In this document: positions 1-13,954 of the stretch, in pieces
How the letters are laid out: each line of letters starts with the position of its first letter
Position numbering within the stretch: the first letter of the stretch is position 1
Assembly (NCBI GenBank): GCA_977030845.1
Contig: OZ365118.1
Location: 17,484,001 to 17,548,000 of the forward strand
Reading direction: 5' to 3'
Origin: Fimbriosthenelais zetlandica
Taxonomy: Eukaryota
DNA length: 64,000 bases
Program-made: the position numbers and the translations under genes
Notes under the pieces: generated by a model
The model's database searches: none
Seen by the model: the letters and a program-made list of their open reading frames with translations, nothing else
What the model was told of the DNA's origin: nothing

Positions 1-99
1 TTTGAGGTAAGGTCTTGGGTTGACGGTGGACATGGCGTGTGGGATGAAGGAGGTGAGCGGACGTGGTGGAGGCAGGGTGTTTGATGTATAATCCATCAC
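1..99 (-). CDS. Candidate exon of unidentified minus-strand gene (VMDYTSNTLPPPRPLTSFIPHAMSTVNPRPYLK...), open to window edge
   Basis: Frame is open from 189 to 1 with many C/G third positions. A weak acceptor (ccttgtgctggaccag) gives phase 0, matching the end of the 5982-6044 exon. No recognisable domain. Confidence 0.25.
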   Translation of the reverse strand, partial: MMDYTSNTLPPPRPLTSFIPHAMSTVNPRPYLK

Positions 100-1888
100 C
101 TGGTCCAGCACAAGGTTCAGGTTCAGGTAGCCGGTAAAACACACGTCTACACTATACCGCTCATTTCCTCCCTCACCACTGCTTTTTCTCTAGCTTATAC
201 ACCAGACTTTGAACCTCTATAGAGGAGAGCTCGGGACTTGCTTATAGAAATGTAGTGAGTCTATGCAAGAAACGCTGTGCTAATGTGTCTATCATAGAAT
301 TATATAGAATTCGTACATTGAATTGGGGGTTTCTATTGACTATTGCTTTTGAAAACGGTGGATTATATTGACCCTAATTCACTAAAGTATCACAAGCGTA
401 TCTCATTTTGTCCGGCTCATCGCCACTAGATGACAATGAAATAAATATACTGTCAGTCCTATCCTATGGGTTTGAAATGTGGAAGTTTCCTCTGGAGGTT
501 TTCTCACCTTGGAGACAACCTCTAAGATCTTGTAAGAAGTTTTAAACACCTTGCACGTAGCCAGGCATTATTCCTTCTCAGCCTTCAACAGTTCGCTGAC
601 AAACTCGGGTCACCTACCCGGACCAGTACCCATACATCACCAAAACACTTCACTTTGCCGGAACTTATATGAGTGGAAAGTATTATTTTCATTAGATATT
701 TGAAGCAGTGGGCAGGGTCAGGGGAGTGAAACTTGATTAAAGTTGTGTGACTATGATGGATTATAGGAGCGAGTGACGGGTGTATAGGGAGAGTTCTGAT
801 GAGGAGAGACTGGCGCTATTCACCACTTGTCCAGTGCTTTACTTCTCTATAGAACACATGTTTAATATGGTTGGTGGAATAATCCACTGATCCCAGTCAC
901 CACATAATACTGGCCTTCCTGACCGGACTTCCCGCGGCTCTCTCACCATGCCGGTCACAGCCATCAATACTGCCCACCGGCCCGGGTCCTGTCACCAATA
1001 ATGTGTGCACGTCGCCTAGCCGCCCAGTAATTTAGCCCGTAATTCACATATCAAACTCGCCAAGTGTTGCCTGCTCCAGAAGAGCACCAACTCAGCACCT
1101 CTGGCTGACCTGCATAGGCAATGAGCAGCTCGCAGACCCTGCCTATAAGAGTTGCTCACTGAGTCTATACTAGTGGACTGAGCAACTTGAAGAGGCATCG
1201 ATAGTTGTCAATGGGAACTTCACCAGTGGGGAATATCCCTCCTCAATACCTTTAAAACTTAACTCCACTGGATTGGAAATATTTGCCATTGAACTTTTAA
1301 GTTCGAAGATTTCTCTGAAATACATTTAATGGCATAAATTAAATGTCAGTGAATTGAGATTGGCATATCAATTAAGAGGGAAAATGTTGGCAAATCAAGA
1401 AATAATGTGACCGAATTCTGCAGGGATTTTGACATTCAATATGAGTTTCCATCAGGATTTCTTCCAGGATAAACTCTGCTGTGACTATGTAGTCGAGTTG
1501 GTTATTTTTAATTAGCAGACACCACATATTCACAGCAAGCACATTGACCTGTGATCTTCAAGGGCAGGCAGTATTCCATCTTCCCCTTAAGTTCTGCCTA
1601 CTTTTTCATCTACTTGGCAAGACCAGAATCTGTTTGATGGTTCTATCAAAAGACATCTCTTAAAGTCTGAGGTGGTATTAAAGTCTCATGGCCTGTGAGC
1701 CTTGCTCTGGTCCTATGAAAGTGATGTCATGTTAAAGATGAGCCATGGTTCCATCTCTCACCATCTCATCAGTCATGGCTATGTTTAATGGTGGGTGGGG
1801 TGAGGAATGACAGTATGACCCGGGAAGAAACCAACTCTACACATCTCTACATGAGCCTACCTAGACAGGTGCAGATGAGGCACCATGA

Positions 1889-2162
1889 CCTCCTATACCT
1901 CTCCCTCTCTGCTTCTCTCTCACTCCCTATCTCTCTCTCTGCTTTTCTCTCTCCCGCTCTGCTACTCTCTGCTTCTCTCTCACTCTCTCTGTGCTTCTCT
2001 CTCTCCCTCTCTCTCTCTCTCTCTGCTGTATCTTCTCCCACTATTTCACTCTTCCCCTGTCTATCTCACTTCCTCTCTTCTCTATCTCTCTCCTGTCCCT
2101 TGTATATTCTCTCTACATTACCCCACTGCTTTCTCTCTCCATGCATTCTTCTCTCACCAACC

Positions 2163-2215
<53 letters not shown>
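1889..2215. repeat. CT-rich polypyrimidine tract ending in poly-C and pure (CT)n (2173-2215)
   Basis: Directly visible; explains the L/S- and R/E-rich ORFs at 1788-2401. Confidence 0.95.
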
Positions 2216-2217
<2 letters not shown>

Positions 2218-3540
2218 AAATCACCCATCATCACCAACTACAAGACGTTTCCACTCCCTGTTTTTGATGGAATTTAAAATGGGATTGGGAGGAATGATCC
2301 CGACCAATGGGGGTAGTGATGGATGGGTCCGGGATGGCGGAGCGGGAGCGCGGTCCGTGGGGACGCCGATCCTTTATTCTACAAATTTGGTCACACACTG
2401 AGCAGTAGGGTCCGCTCGACTCGACAGAAGGTGATTAATCTGATGGCAACTTCTGCCATGTTGATAGATTAATACAAGCATGACACGGCAGAGAATTAAA
2501 AGCCGGCTAGCATTTTCAGAGCTGATCAATATTTCATCTGAAGTGGCGTGCGATCTCGGGATCTATGCTATTACTAGCATGTCCTTTTCCAGATTGGAAA
2601 AGTCCAAGACTGCGGCTGATGTATGGGCATGGTCGGCCCTGCGGCAAGCACTTCCGGCCTTTGACTGCAATGAACATATGGGTCCCCAACCCCCCAGCTC
2701 CGTCTCCCACCAACCAGCACTCACACATACAGCGCCCCCTGTATGTGGGGGCATGTTGTAGTCATGTGATCAATCTGTGATGGGCTCACTGCGCATGTCT
2801 AAACCAATGATTCAGCACACAATAAATATGCCTTGTTCCACGATAAATCTTTTCAAAGCGACCCGCAGTTCAGCTGGCCTTTTACGCCATAAAGACAACT
2901 TCCATGCCCATTCTGCTCCATATCATTCTGGCGCTTTTTATTGGCGGCGCCATGAAAGGCGAGCTGGCTATAGGTTTCTCTACTACCACTCCATGTCGCA
3001 ATACTGCTCATAACTCGGCCGGATTGAAAGACTTGAGACGAGAGATAGCTGTATGCTTTAAGACCCCAATCCCCCCACATACATCCCACCAGGATCATTT
3101 CTGTAATTACTAAGCTCCCCTAGTGAGTCTTCTAAGCTCATTATTGCCTCCTTCCATTTGCCCCATTTGTCTTTCATTCCATTATAGAATTCCGCAATTT
3201 TAATGTTCGCCTAAAAGAAAAGTGGTGTTATGAATAAGAGAGACTGCATTCATAAAATCGCTGTACAATTCGAAAGGGACACAGCAGCGTGGCGGCATGA
3301 TGAGGGAGCATATAAAATGGAATGTCATTTCCCAGAGTGTCTTACTTCTCTTTGCCCTTTAAAAAGCCCTGGTCTCAGGGCCGCCTCATTCATCCTAACC
3401 ATCAGCCACCTCCGTCTCTTATTTCCAGCCATCCATAAATTTCTCAGGTTACCAGCGGCATTCCCTCTACCAGTCGCAAGGTGACGCTGGTACTTCTGTC
3501 TTGGCTGAGTCAATTTTCAATCAGACGGCAATGGGATTGT

Positions 3541-3711
3541 TGGTGGAAGATCCAGGATTTTGGCAGGGGAGTTTTCAGGGGTACGATTTGTGAAAAGGGG
3601 GATCCAGCCTTGTGCTCCAGCCTTGTGGGCATTACTATTTGACTGATCTCTGAAAAGGGGATCCTGAACCCCTTGAAGACCCCTCCCCCCCGGACTCAAG
3701 ATCCGCTCCTG
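3541..3711. mobile_element. Short non-autonomous (MITE-like) repeat remnant
   Basis: Starts ...AGATCCAGGATTTTGGCAGGGG and ends CCCCCCC...AGATCCGCTCCTG (imperfect inverted ends). The 18-mer AGATCCAGGATTTTGGCA recurs exactly, inverted, at 63773-63790. Confidence 0.5.
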
Positions 3712-5981
3712 CCATGCAGTTTTTCGTTAAACCAACCAAGTCTAAATTTGAAGAGGAAGTCAGTGTTATGTAATGTTGGTGGTAAAATACGTAGTGCACA
3801 ATGGGTTATAGGATTAGCGACTAATAGAGAATCACATTAGTGGAGGTAGACCTTTCACCAATCACATGATCACCACCGAGCCAGACATACAACCAGACGA
3901 TGATCAGCCCCCCCCCCCCCAGCATGAGATGTGGTAGACTCCACCTGTCACTATAGGCTCTCATGACCAGGCTGACCAGGGCACAGATGCCTGGACAGGT
4001 CTCACTTCATAAGCCCTCCACCCTCCATACATTCAGCTAATTCCCGAAATATTTTGGGCAAATATCTCTGATATGATAACTATCACACCATATTGATAGA
4101 GTGGTGGTGCTGCGGTGCTATTTTTCCTATCTAGACACAACATGAGGGTGCAATGAATCTTGTTGGAAAGTTAAAAGAAGACTTTGCACCGTGCTTGGCT
4201 TAAAATGCTCAAGCCCATTAGACTAGGGACATATGGCTGTCAGCCAAGGCACGACAGAGACGTCTGTGTGTCCCTTATACGACTAGTTCCCAAAAACTAA
4301 AATCAAGGGGAAATATGCTATAGATTCGAAGTTCTATTAAATCCATTAAATCTTTGAAGATCTGAGAAATAAGTACTTTGCAGGAAATATGGCTTGGAAA
4401 TAGGACGCGCACTGTCAACTACTGTAGTGTAGATTATGAGTGGAAGTCATTTCAAACATGGCTAATTTTAGGCAAGAAGGCCCTCATACAATGCATATTA
4501 TATACAGCTATGCATAACTGGTATGCACATTACATTGATGGTTCATATATGCAATAAGAGAATTGGTAAGTGAAATAAGCATCAAATACTTGGATTCAAA
4601 TAGGCTACTTAATTCTAAAGGCTGCTGTTTTGAGTACTATATTTTTATACAAGGCTATGTATATATATGTATCGATTGATGGTAAAGACATACATACATT
4701 TTAACAAGTTATTTAAGTAAACAATAATTGAATTCAGATAGAATAATGAATTCGTCAGACAGCTGTTTTGAGCATATATAGGCAGGCCACCAATACAGAA
4801 CCTGAGTCTGAATTCTAGTGGTTTGCTGTGAGCGGTGAGTAGCATAGATGTGGTCAAGATATATACACCTCCTGTAGGCAGACCCTTGGGGTCTCAGTGA
4901 GAGGGGCCCTCCTGTTCTACCCACTAACCAGCCTGTAATGAAGCTGGGTCCTTGAGGTGCTGTAGAGAATGAGTAGACGGGAGTACAATGATAGCAGGAG
5001 TCTGAGATCACTTAAATGACCCTCTCATCAGTATGCTAGCCTCCCACTCTGGCTTCATTACCTACCTCCCTCTCCACCCCACCAACCAGCCCACCAACCC
5101 ACTACATCTTTTTAAAAAAAGCTTATACTTGCTACACTACCCACCGTGGCATTTGTAGAGAGCACTGGGCAGTCCCTGGACCTGGCGAAAGTCTGCTCCC
5201 CCGGGGATTAGATGGTCGTCTGTAGGGGAGGGCTTCTTCACAGCTTCTGTCAGCACGATGATGTAGCTTTAAAGACAAGACATTGCGACGGTTAAGGACA
5301 GAACGACCATACGGTCAGTTTCAATCAATTTAGCTGTCAGGAAAGTATAGAAGTATTTACGGAGAGGTTCTATTTTGAATTGTATTTATAAAGAGCACAG
5401 GAATAGAATTCATTAAAATAGCTGTTTTAAATGCTGTCAATAGAATCCCTTTGAAGGATCATTTTGAAAAGGATGCGTCAGTCGTTTATCTTAGAGAGGT
5501 CTTTTGAAGTGGAGTTGTAGAAATTATTGCTCTTCTGTTAAAAAAAAGATATTAATGTCACGAGGGCAGGTTCGATACAGATTGGTCTTGAATTTATCAC
5601 AAAGGAATTATTACTTACAGAGATAAAATATAGTATCCATGATCAATCATACAAAGATTCACGAAGATCCATTTCATTTGGGAAGGGACGGCGAATAAGC
5701 TGTAAATAGAAAAAATAAACTTATACATGTATTACATTTTCACACATAGCATAGCAATATATATCTCAAGCTACATCAATGAAAGAGCTTTAAAAGGTTT
5801 TCTTTCTTCAAGTTTACGTCTGAAATATTATTTCTTGTAATTTAAACATCTCTATCTAAGTTTATACTGAATAAGACCCCACAAGAACCGTCCTTCCCAG
5901 ACTAGGTTGAAATTCCAGCTTTGGATTTATCATAGGCGGACCATCCATCCTAGCCTGGAATAAAGGAGGGATCGTACATAC

Positions 5982-6044
5982 CATGGCGCGGTCCTTTGAC
6001 ATGCTGCCGACGTCCTCCGCGACGGAGAGGGGAAGAATGAAAGC
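5982..6044 (-). CDS. Candidate 63-nt exon of unidentified minus-strand gene (AFILPLSVAEDVGSMSKDRAM, phase 0-0)
   Basis: Acceptor ctcatcttttccag, donor ATG|gtatgt; this frame has mostly C/G third positions. Confidence 0.6.
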
Positions 6045-7724
6045 CTGGAAAAGATGAGATTAATTAAGATTAAAGAGACAAAATGATTAGGTGCTATTGG
6101 GAGCGATTAGAAGGCCAGCCTGTCAAATGGCTCATTTATGACAGCGTCTCAGTAAAAAGCTTGACGTGCCTTGATTGCGCCATTCCTGATTCCAACGACA
6201 GGCTTTAATCATGCACTGTAAACTTCAATCTTACAGGGGAATCCTGCCAGCGAAATAAATCCTCTGTATTGTGTTTCAGGCAGAATAAACAAAGTTTCAT
6301 CTTCCATTTTGAGGGTCCTTCTCCCTTTACATGAAATGAAGTTCCATGGAGTTGTTGAAGTAAGAAGCAAGGCTGGGATGAAATGGTGAGACAGTCGTAA
6401 GACTGCATGGCATTTTTCATGTTGACGGAAATGTCAAATCAATATTATCACTCAGTATTATAGTGTATATTATTTTGGGATTGGTTAGATAATGCTATAA
6501 GCATGCTGATTTCTCAATTCATTTGAGATAAGGAGCACTTGTAATCCCTTACAATTCCATGTCATTTACATGGGTCGCAAGTACCCCATATCACAAATGC
6601 ATTTTCCATTACCAGCCTATTTTAGTTCTGTGAATATGTAATCTAGTTCATCTTAGATGTCTATGAGAGACATGCTTGTCACAGACTGCCTTTTGTTGGA
6701 TCATGTCCCGCTGTTCTGAACTAGTATTCCACAAGGGCTTTCCCTCTATCCCTCTCTCCCCCATATCTGAATCCCCTCCCCCTCTCCCTTCCATTTGTAT
6801 CCATGACTTTGTATCCATCTATTGAATCCATGACCAACATTGACTAAATCCATCCTTGAATCATCACAGAGAGAGACAGCCAGAAAATCCCCATTTAATT
6901 CAATTTTATTCTCTCTCAATTCTATTCATGTCTACTTGCTGTGTGAGGCATGTCGCCTCGCCTGCTGGGGGGAAATACCAGCAAACATTAACAAAAGATG
7001 AGAGAGAACAAGTCACAAATACAAACAATAACAGAGAGAAAATAGCAGCAGTGAGTGAGAGCGACAGAATGTGGTTGATCCCAGCTGGGCGACTTAAACA
7101 AAAAGCCGCTTCTCATCGCGAGTGGAGACCAATCTAAGCTATCGCGCTCCCATTCACTCCAAGTGTCAGGAGTGACTTCAATATTAAAAGGCGGTGGGTG
7201 AGGGGGATGGAGTGGGAAGCAGTGGGTCTAAAATGATGCTCTTCTATCTCTTATGGCATGATGTTTGAGCCTCGGTTTAAAAAAATGTTGTTGGGGGATG
7301 AGAGGGGGTGGGTGGGGGAGGGAGGAGAGCTGTGTGGGAGAGATAGGAGGAGTGGGACCGTCTCCAATATGGTAGAATGAGAGGGAGCCAGTATTCAGCT
7401 ATTGATGGTGTCACCACCAGTTATTATGGTGGGCAGAGAGGGCTGTATAAGGCAGGACAGAGGAGAGAGAGAATACGTACAAAGAACAAGAAAAGAGGAG
7501 GGCAGAACAGGGAATATCATACGGGAATAGAGTACAAGAGAGAAAAGGACTGAAGGGGAAAGAGTGTAATAGTGAAAGGAGGGACAATGAATTGAGTACA
7601 AAAGAGAACAGGAAGAAGGGACAATGGAAGAAGAGAGAATAAACTAGAGGCTGTAGACCCTGGCGTGTCATTTAGGAGTCCAGTCGTTTATTTTGTGTTT
7701 CATACTGTAAACAGGTTTGTGCCT

Positions 7725-7860
7725 CCAACTTAGTCAACTAATAGTCAACTAATTTTAGTTGGCACAAAAATTAGTTGGCCACAGTTCTATTTATGTGTCA
7801 GACTGTTTTCTATACCTTAGTTGGCCAAGTAATTTTTATGCACCAAAATTAGTTGGCCCA
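7725..7860. repeat. Cluster of TAGTTGGC motifs (4 copies) with inverted CAACTA copies; probable decayed foldback element
   Basis: TAGTTGGC at ~7756, 7772, 7818 and 7850; (T)CAACTA twice at 7734-7751. Confidence 0.55.
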
Positions 7861-10800
7861 GAAAGAAGGACCTAGTTGTGGAATCTGTTCTTCATTACGA
7901 GCAGAAACAAATAAACCCTCTTTGAAACCAATTCATTTCAATTATATCTCAGAAGCATAATAGTGATAATCAATTCCAGAAGTGTCTCTTACCAATTGAG
8001 AACAAGTCAGAAAGATGGATGGAACCGTAGAGGACAGGCATATAAAGAAGGATATGTGAATTATATATAGCACTCTCTATATAGGGTGAGGACGTGAGAG
8101 GTGGATATATATATAGGGAGATGGGGTAGCAATGTGATTTGTGAGTAGATAATTTAATTTTAATCAGGCTGTAGACAGAGAGATGAAGTTTGTAGAGACT
8201 GAGTTCATTAATTCACATGGCGTCTTCCTCCCCCCATGAGCACGACTCAAAGCAACTTCTCTCATCTAATCAGAGCTGGAGCGATGATCTAAATTAAAGT
8301 ACAGCTCTCCAGGCCCAGGCTTGAGGGGCAGGATAATAAAACGCACTCTCTACAACCCCCCTTTATTTCTATATTCACAACACCACTACACTCTCTCCTC
8401 TCTCTTGCTCCCCCTCTCCTGTCCTCTCCCCTACCCTCTCTGTCTCTCTCACTTCCTGTGGCTTCGTATCACTTTCACTCTACCTATCCCTTTCGTTTCT
8501 CCCTCTTTTCTCACCTTCTCCCTCCCTATATACTCCCTCTCCCTCCACTTCCTGAAGTTCCTCTCACCTTCCAGGTCCTCTCTATCCTTTTCTATCTCTC
8601 TGTCTCTCAACCCTCGCTCTATTCTGGTTCATAAATATTCGAAGGCCACACAAGTCATGCATGTATAATATCTGCAATCTACAGTCTAGTTTGAAAACTT
8701 ATCCCCCTGCCTTGATCAAATCAAGAAAAAAAACCCATAATCATTCCTTGATCATAATCAAATTACTGAGGGCTTGGATGTTGCAACAAATTTCTTTTGA
8801 GAGGGAGATGAGAGAGAGGAGAGAAGAGAGAGAGGAGAGCTATATGCACACATATCGGCAACATGTCGATTGGAAGAGTGTTTTCCATGTCTTATAAGTC
8901 ATAAAAAGTCAGTTATTCCCTATAAATACATAGCCAAGCCCTATAGTGACAAAAACCTATTAGCAGGCGCTATATATGCTTCAGTAGACCCAGGCCGCTA
9001 TTTGTCCATTAAATCATAACATCGTTAGTCAGCTCAGCGTGCGGTGTGAAGCATGATGGAAAGTCAACTTATAAGAATTGTGTTGATCAGATATTGAAAG
9101 ACGCCACCATGGGTGTTGAGAAGAAGGTGAATAAATCATCTTTACTAAAAAAAAAAAATAGTAAAGGAAGTCGCCCCATTTGTTCACATTCTCAGCGAGA
9201 GCGTGGTAGGTCCCCCTTGTCGGCTGGAAAATTGAATTAGTCTTGCTTCTCAGTTTTAATTTAACTCCACTTGAAATATTTCTCCCCTCGATGGTCCACT
9301 GTGGCTGGGCCCCTGATTACTGAGATAATTTCAATGGGGGCTCGGGGAATAAAGTAAAGGGGTGAAGACCGGGGTGGGGTGGGGGTGGGGTGGAGGGGGA
9401 GAGGCTGGGGAGGCTGGCCCAGACAGATCAATCCAGGCAAATGGCCGATAACCAGTAGCAATCATTTTCAGAAAATGCACAGGAAAATAACAGGCAAAAA
9501 TTGAACTATGATCAATGAAACTTACTTTCTGCGGGCGAGGTTTTGTATAATCAATTTTTACCTCAAGGGGTAGAAATAGGTAGACAATGGTACTTTTGGT
9601 GTAGTGTGCTGTAATGCCTAAAAGCATGAAGGGAGTTGAGAGTGGTCAAGGGGTGTTAAGGGAGGGCAATGGCTGCCAACTAGCCATGGAAGGATCTGGC
9701 CAGAAGGCATGGGCAGTGCTATGGGTAGATGTATTAAGATTCCCAGTTACAATAATTGTATACATGTCCCTCTGGATGGACTAAAATATGAATGAATTTA
9801 AAGGTATCAGAGGTAGAGAAAGATTGCCTTCAGCATGGCGGAAAGCCACCAAAATGAAATAAAGCCAGTGGCTTGAAATGCTTTATTTAGCGTGGTTTCC
9901 AGCACAAAGATTGGGGCTAGGGAATTTGCTATATGGGGATTCTCCCTAGACCAGGCACTTAGATGGTTTCTCTGGCCAATGGGTTTAGAGGCAATGTGAG
10001 AGTGTGTAAATGCTTGATTCAGCCAGACGTTAGAGGCAGGATACAGGTCTATGTATCATAGTCAGTGATAATCAATAGTAATGACTCCAAGCTTCACTGC
10101 TACCAGGGGTGGAGATGGTGGAGGGGGGAGAAGGGAGACGAAGAGAGGAGGAGAGATGGCTGGGACGTACAGAGAGTGGGGAGAGTTGTGGGAGGGACAT
10201 GGGCAGAGGAATTCTGTGGCTTTAGAGAATGGGCAGGAAGGAGGGAATGAAGGAGGGAGAGGGTACAGAAGGTCTAGAAGGAAGAGTGGGAAGAAAGCCA
10301 GACAAAAATATTAGATTTATGGAAAAATCAACATAGATATGATCTAAATTCTCTTGAAATTGTCCTCCTCTCAAAATGCAAAGTCTGCTGTAAGCAACTG
10401 TCAATTCTAGACAGGAATCTGGTGAACGGTGTTGAATTTCGCCCCAACAGGAAGATCTGGAATACATGCATGTATAGCAGTGAAGGATAAGGTTTTTATC
10501 TGAATGTACCGGCACAGCTAATGGACACTGTCACATAGTTTAAGTGGCAGTCAGGAAGTAAAGCAGAAATCGATGTCCATACCTCCCTTGTCCCAATTTT
10601 TGACAAGCCGCTGTCAATTTGACTTAAGTTTTATTTCACAAAGCTCCATCTGTTATTCAGAGGCCGGGCCATGCACGGGAGACTAATGTGTGAGGTGGTC
10701 CCTAGATGGGGGGGGGGGGGGAAGCCGTGGGCAGGTCTAGAAAGTTTAAAGCCTTTTACAATGCTGGCACTGGTAGAGATTGGGGAAGGTGGGAGCAAAG

Positions 10801-12799
10801 GATCAAGTACCCCTTTAAAATAAAACTAAAAAACAAATACACATAGGATGTTGTTTCCCTGTGTACTTTCATTTTAACTGTGATTAAATTTAACATATAT
10901 ATCCCAAAATACTCAACTTTCCGCCTATTTCTCATTAAGATAGTACAAGTATATTATTCAGAATGAATTATATGATAATCACCTGCTTAGTACCACTTAT
11001 TACCTACTCAACCTTGTGTCCTTTATTTGATGATTTAATCATTTGAGGGGTCGATTCCTTCCTCATTTGCCCCCCTATACATAGCCCCAAGTTTGCCGGC
11101 TTCACCCCTAGCAATGTAAGAGTATGCGGAGGGGTATCAGATGTAATCAATATGGTGAGCCACAGAGGTCTGGGGAGGAATCCATTCCAACAATACTCAC
11201 AGCTCCACTCCGACAAGATGGTAGATAATCGTTATCAGTAAAAAGTCTACCACCAGAGCTACCCCTACTACCCACCACCACCCCACCACCAACCCCAACC
11301 CGCAGACACCCAGTCCCCACAGTCAAGCCGAGATAAGCACACTTTCACTTCTTTCTCAACATGTGAACCCTTGTGACAATAACAATAATGCCATTTGCCT
11401 CCCACCACAACCCTACCCTCTCACCGGTGCTAAAAATCTATAGGCAAAAGGATGGCCAGGGCTTCAAATGGTCCCTATATGAATATCTCCATAGAGAGAT
11501 GGCCATAAGCCATAGCCAGATTACAGGGGTGTCTCATTCCTTTTAATGTTTAGATAAAAATGCCCACCCAGACTTCTCCGATCTATATTTCTTAGCAGCA
11601 CTGTTAGTATATATTTCTAGACTTGTCCAATGAAAAGAAAATGTGATAAATAGTCCAAGTGACTGTCTTCATATAATATATTAGGAGGCCAAATAATCTG
11701 GGCCCAATTCAGAGTCGTCTTCCAAGTTTTGAATTAGTCTGAAAAAGCTCCAATATAAATTTGGAAAGAATCCCGAGGATTCTATTCACATTTTCCGTAT
11801 TTTCAAATTGCCGATCTCGTCTTTATGGTTTGGTTTGTGATTTTGTCCCTCCGCATGATTTGTCATTTCCCCACACATTATTCAAAGGCAATAATCATTC
11901 CCGAATAGGCTCGTTAATTCGTGAAAATTTCATGCCAAATATGAAGAAAGTCCGGCGTAATATGCATATTCATGATTTTGCGATTGCACGCACCGTGCCT
12001 TCGTCCATATTTCATGACAGGCCGAGTCCTTTGCCGAGTCAATTCACGGACTAGTTATGAGCTCTAAAGCTGTCCCTCCAACTCTCCTAAAAATGATCTA
12101 GAATAAAAATGAATCATTGTAAAGTTCATTGATATTCCGGTGCTTGTCTGACATGGTCGTCGGATGACTTTAAATGTCGGGTAAAAACTTGTATTTAGAT
12201 CCTGAGCTTAGAGTCAATGAGGGTGTTAGAGGACAATGAGGCCTTGTAGTGTGCTGTTTTGGAAGTTCTAAAGGCAATGGTACAACTGAGCCAATGTCCC
12301 TAAACAGGTTGAATATGTATGTCTATTCACCTGATTAAATGAGCAATGGTTGGTGCAAATGGCAAAATATCACATAATATAATAAAAGACTAACGACTTT
12401 CAATGTCTGATAGAAAGTATCTAACTCCTCATTCTACAGGTGAAAGAGGGAAATGTATTGAAAGGCAAAGGCAAAGTTTTATACAAGCGATGTCCCTAAC
12501 TAGGTTATATACATGTTATCCAGACTAAAAGAGCAATGAGTTCAAGGGGTCGTACAGTTGACCTTAAAAATATGATAGAAATATATGATTAGGATCCTCG
12601 AGTGACAGGTAAACGAGTGCGGTAGACAAGAATGCTGCTGTTTTGGAAGGCAAGGCTAGACATAAAGCAATGCCTCTATAATTAGATCGATGATGTCTCT
12701 TCCATTAATTAAATGAGAAATGGGTTCAAATGGCGACAGACGGGGCAGACGAATTTCAATCTGTGATGAAAAAAGTTGCATCTAGCTAGATCGACTTAC

Positions 12800-12824
12800 G
12801 GAACAGGTATCAATGATGTGGCGT
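12800..12824 (-). CDS. Candidate 25-nt microexon (RHIIDTCS, phase 2-0)
   Basis: Acceptor atttgtacatttag, donor TCC|gtaagt; bridges exon 23816-23894 (ends phase 2) to exon 5982-6044 (starts phase 0). Confidence 0.45.
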
Positions 12825-13479
12825 CTAAATGTACAAATGATGGCATGTCCCTCATGATGTTAAATACAGGTATGTTTCCCCGATTGAATTATTAGGATGG
12901 CTAGGTGTCATATCTAGGACAAATAACTGTTTATCGACATCCTCAAGCAGGTCGGGGGTTCAAGATTGGTAAAGGAAAGGGGGTAAGAGAGTATTTGATC
13001 TCTTGAGAGAAAACGGAAAGGATGGAGGGGAGAAATTGGAGAGATGGGGACAGAGGTAGACAGAGAGAGGGTGAAAGAGAAAGAGAGAGGGAGAGAGGGG
13101 GAGGGGGTAGACATGGGAGGGAGTGGGAGGTTTTGGTATGAGATATAATCTCATTGAAGGCCTTATATGTAGAAGATACTGTTATCTAGAGCATCGCCTT
13201 TCGGCTATATATACTGACAGAGTTTGCTTTATATATGTCAGGCATATTATAACAGCCCAGCCATAAAAGACTTCCATGTCTAGTCAAAGGCTAGGTTCCT
13301 CAGACAAAGGCTGGGCATGCCGCTCAATGTGCAAAGGTGAATAGAGGCTGAAATTTGAACAAGACACAGCAGCATCTCCTCAATGGTGCCTTCCCGAGTG
13401 GTGCCTGGGTGTCCTAGTTCATATTTGGCATTGAAGAGAAGTTTATTTAATTTCCCTTTTCCTCTTTATCCAACTTACT

Positions 13480-13573
13480 CCATCCAACCTTCCCATGGCA
13501 CCATCCAACCTTCCCACGGCACCATTCAACCTTCCCATGGCACCATCCAACCTTCCCACGGCACCATCCAACC
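13480..13573. repeat. Minisatellite, 21-bp unit CCATCCAACCTTCCCAYGGCA, ~4.5 copies
   Basis: Directly visible; explains the IQPSHGT repeat of ORF 13383-13679. Confidence 0.95.
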
Positions 13574-13954
13574 CCTCCTACCCTTCCTTTATCTACTTCC
13601 TTCCTTCCCACAACACTCTGATGTTTGCTTCTTAATTCCTTTCCTCTCTTCCCATCTCCCCCATCTTCGTCTATCATAACTCCCTTCCAATCCCTCTAAC
13701 TCTCTCCTCCCTTAATGCTTCCCTCCTTTCCATCTATCTATCCCTTACTCCAATCCCTCCCTCCTCCCTCTTCACATCTCTCCCTCTATATCCGCTAGGT
13801 AAAGTCTGGTATTTGGCGGTATATATTTTTCTGTATTGGTCTTCACTAATCGAGCACTTGATGCCAATGTCAGCTGGGATCAGATTTAACCCCGTCACGT
13901 CAGTCTCTCCAGCCACAACTGACTGCCATCACAGCTCCATCTATTCCTGTCTCC

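Noticed and set aside
1-1198. Possible LINE endonuclease remnant (TGYLNLNL resembling GDFN; DVHTLLVT..IDGCDR)
   Set aside because: Catalytic motifs are not intact, the expected PTR/IDH motifs are missing and fragments lie in different frames; unsupported without an HMM search.
1788-2401. Long ORFs (159, 130, 136 aa) rich in Leu/Ser
   Set aside because: Products of the (CT)n tract; the same applies to 19772-20185, 8321-8668, 7395-7671 and 12914-13154.
13383-13679. ORF with an IQPSHGT repeat
   Set aside because: Translation of the 21-bp minisatellite; no other coding signal.
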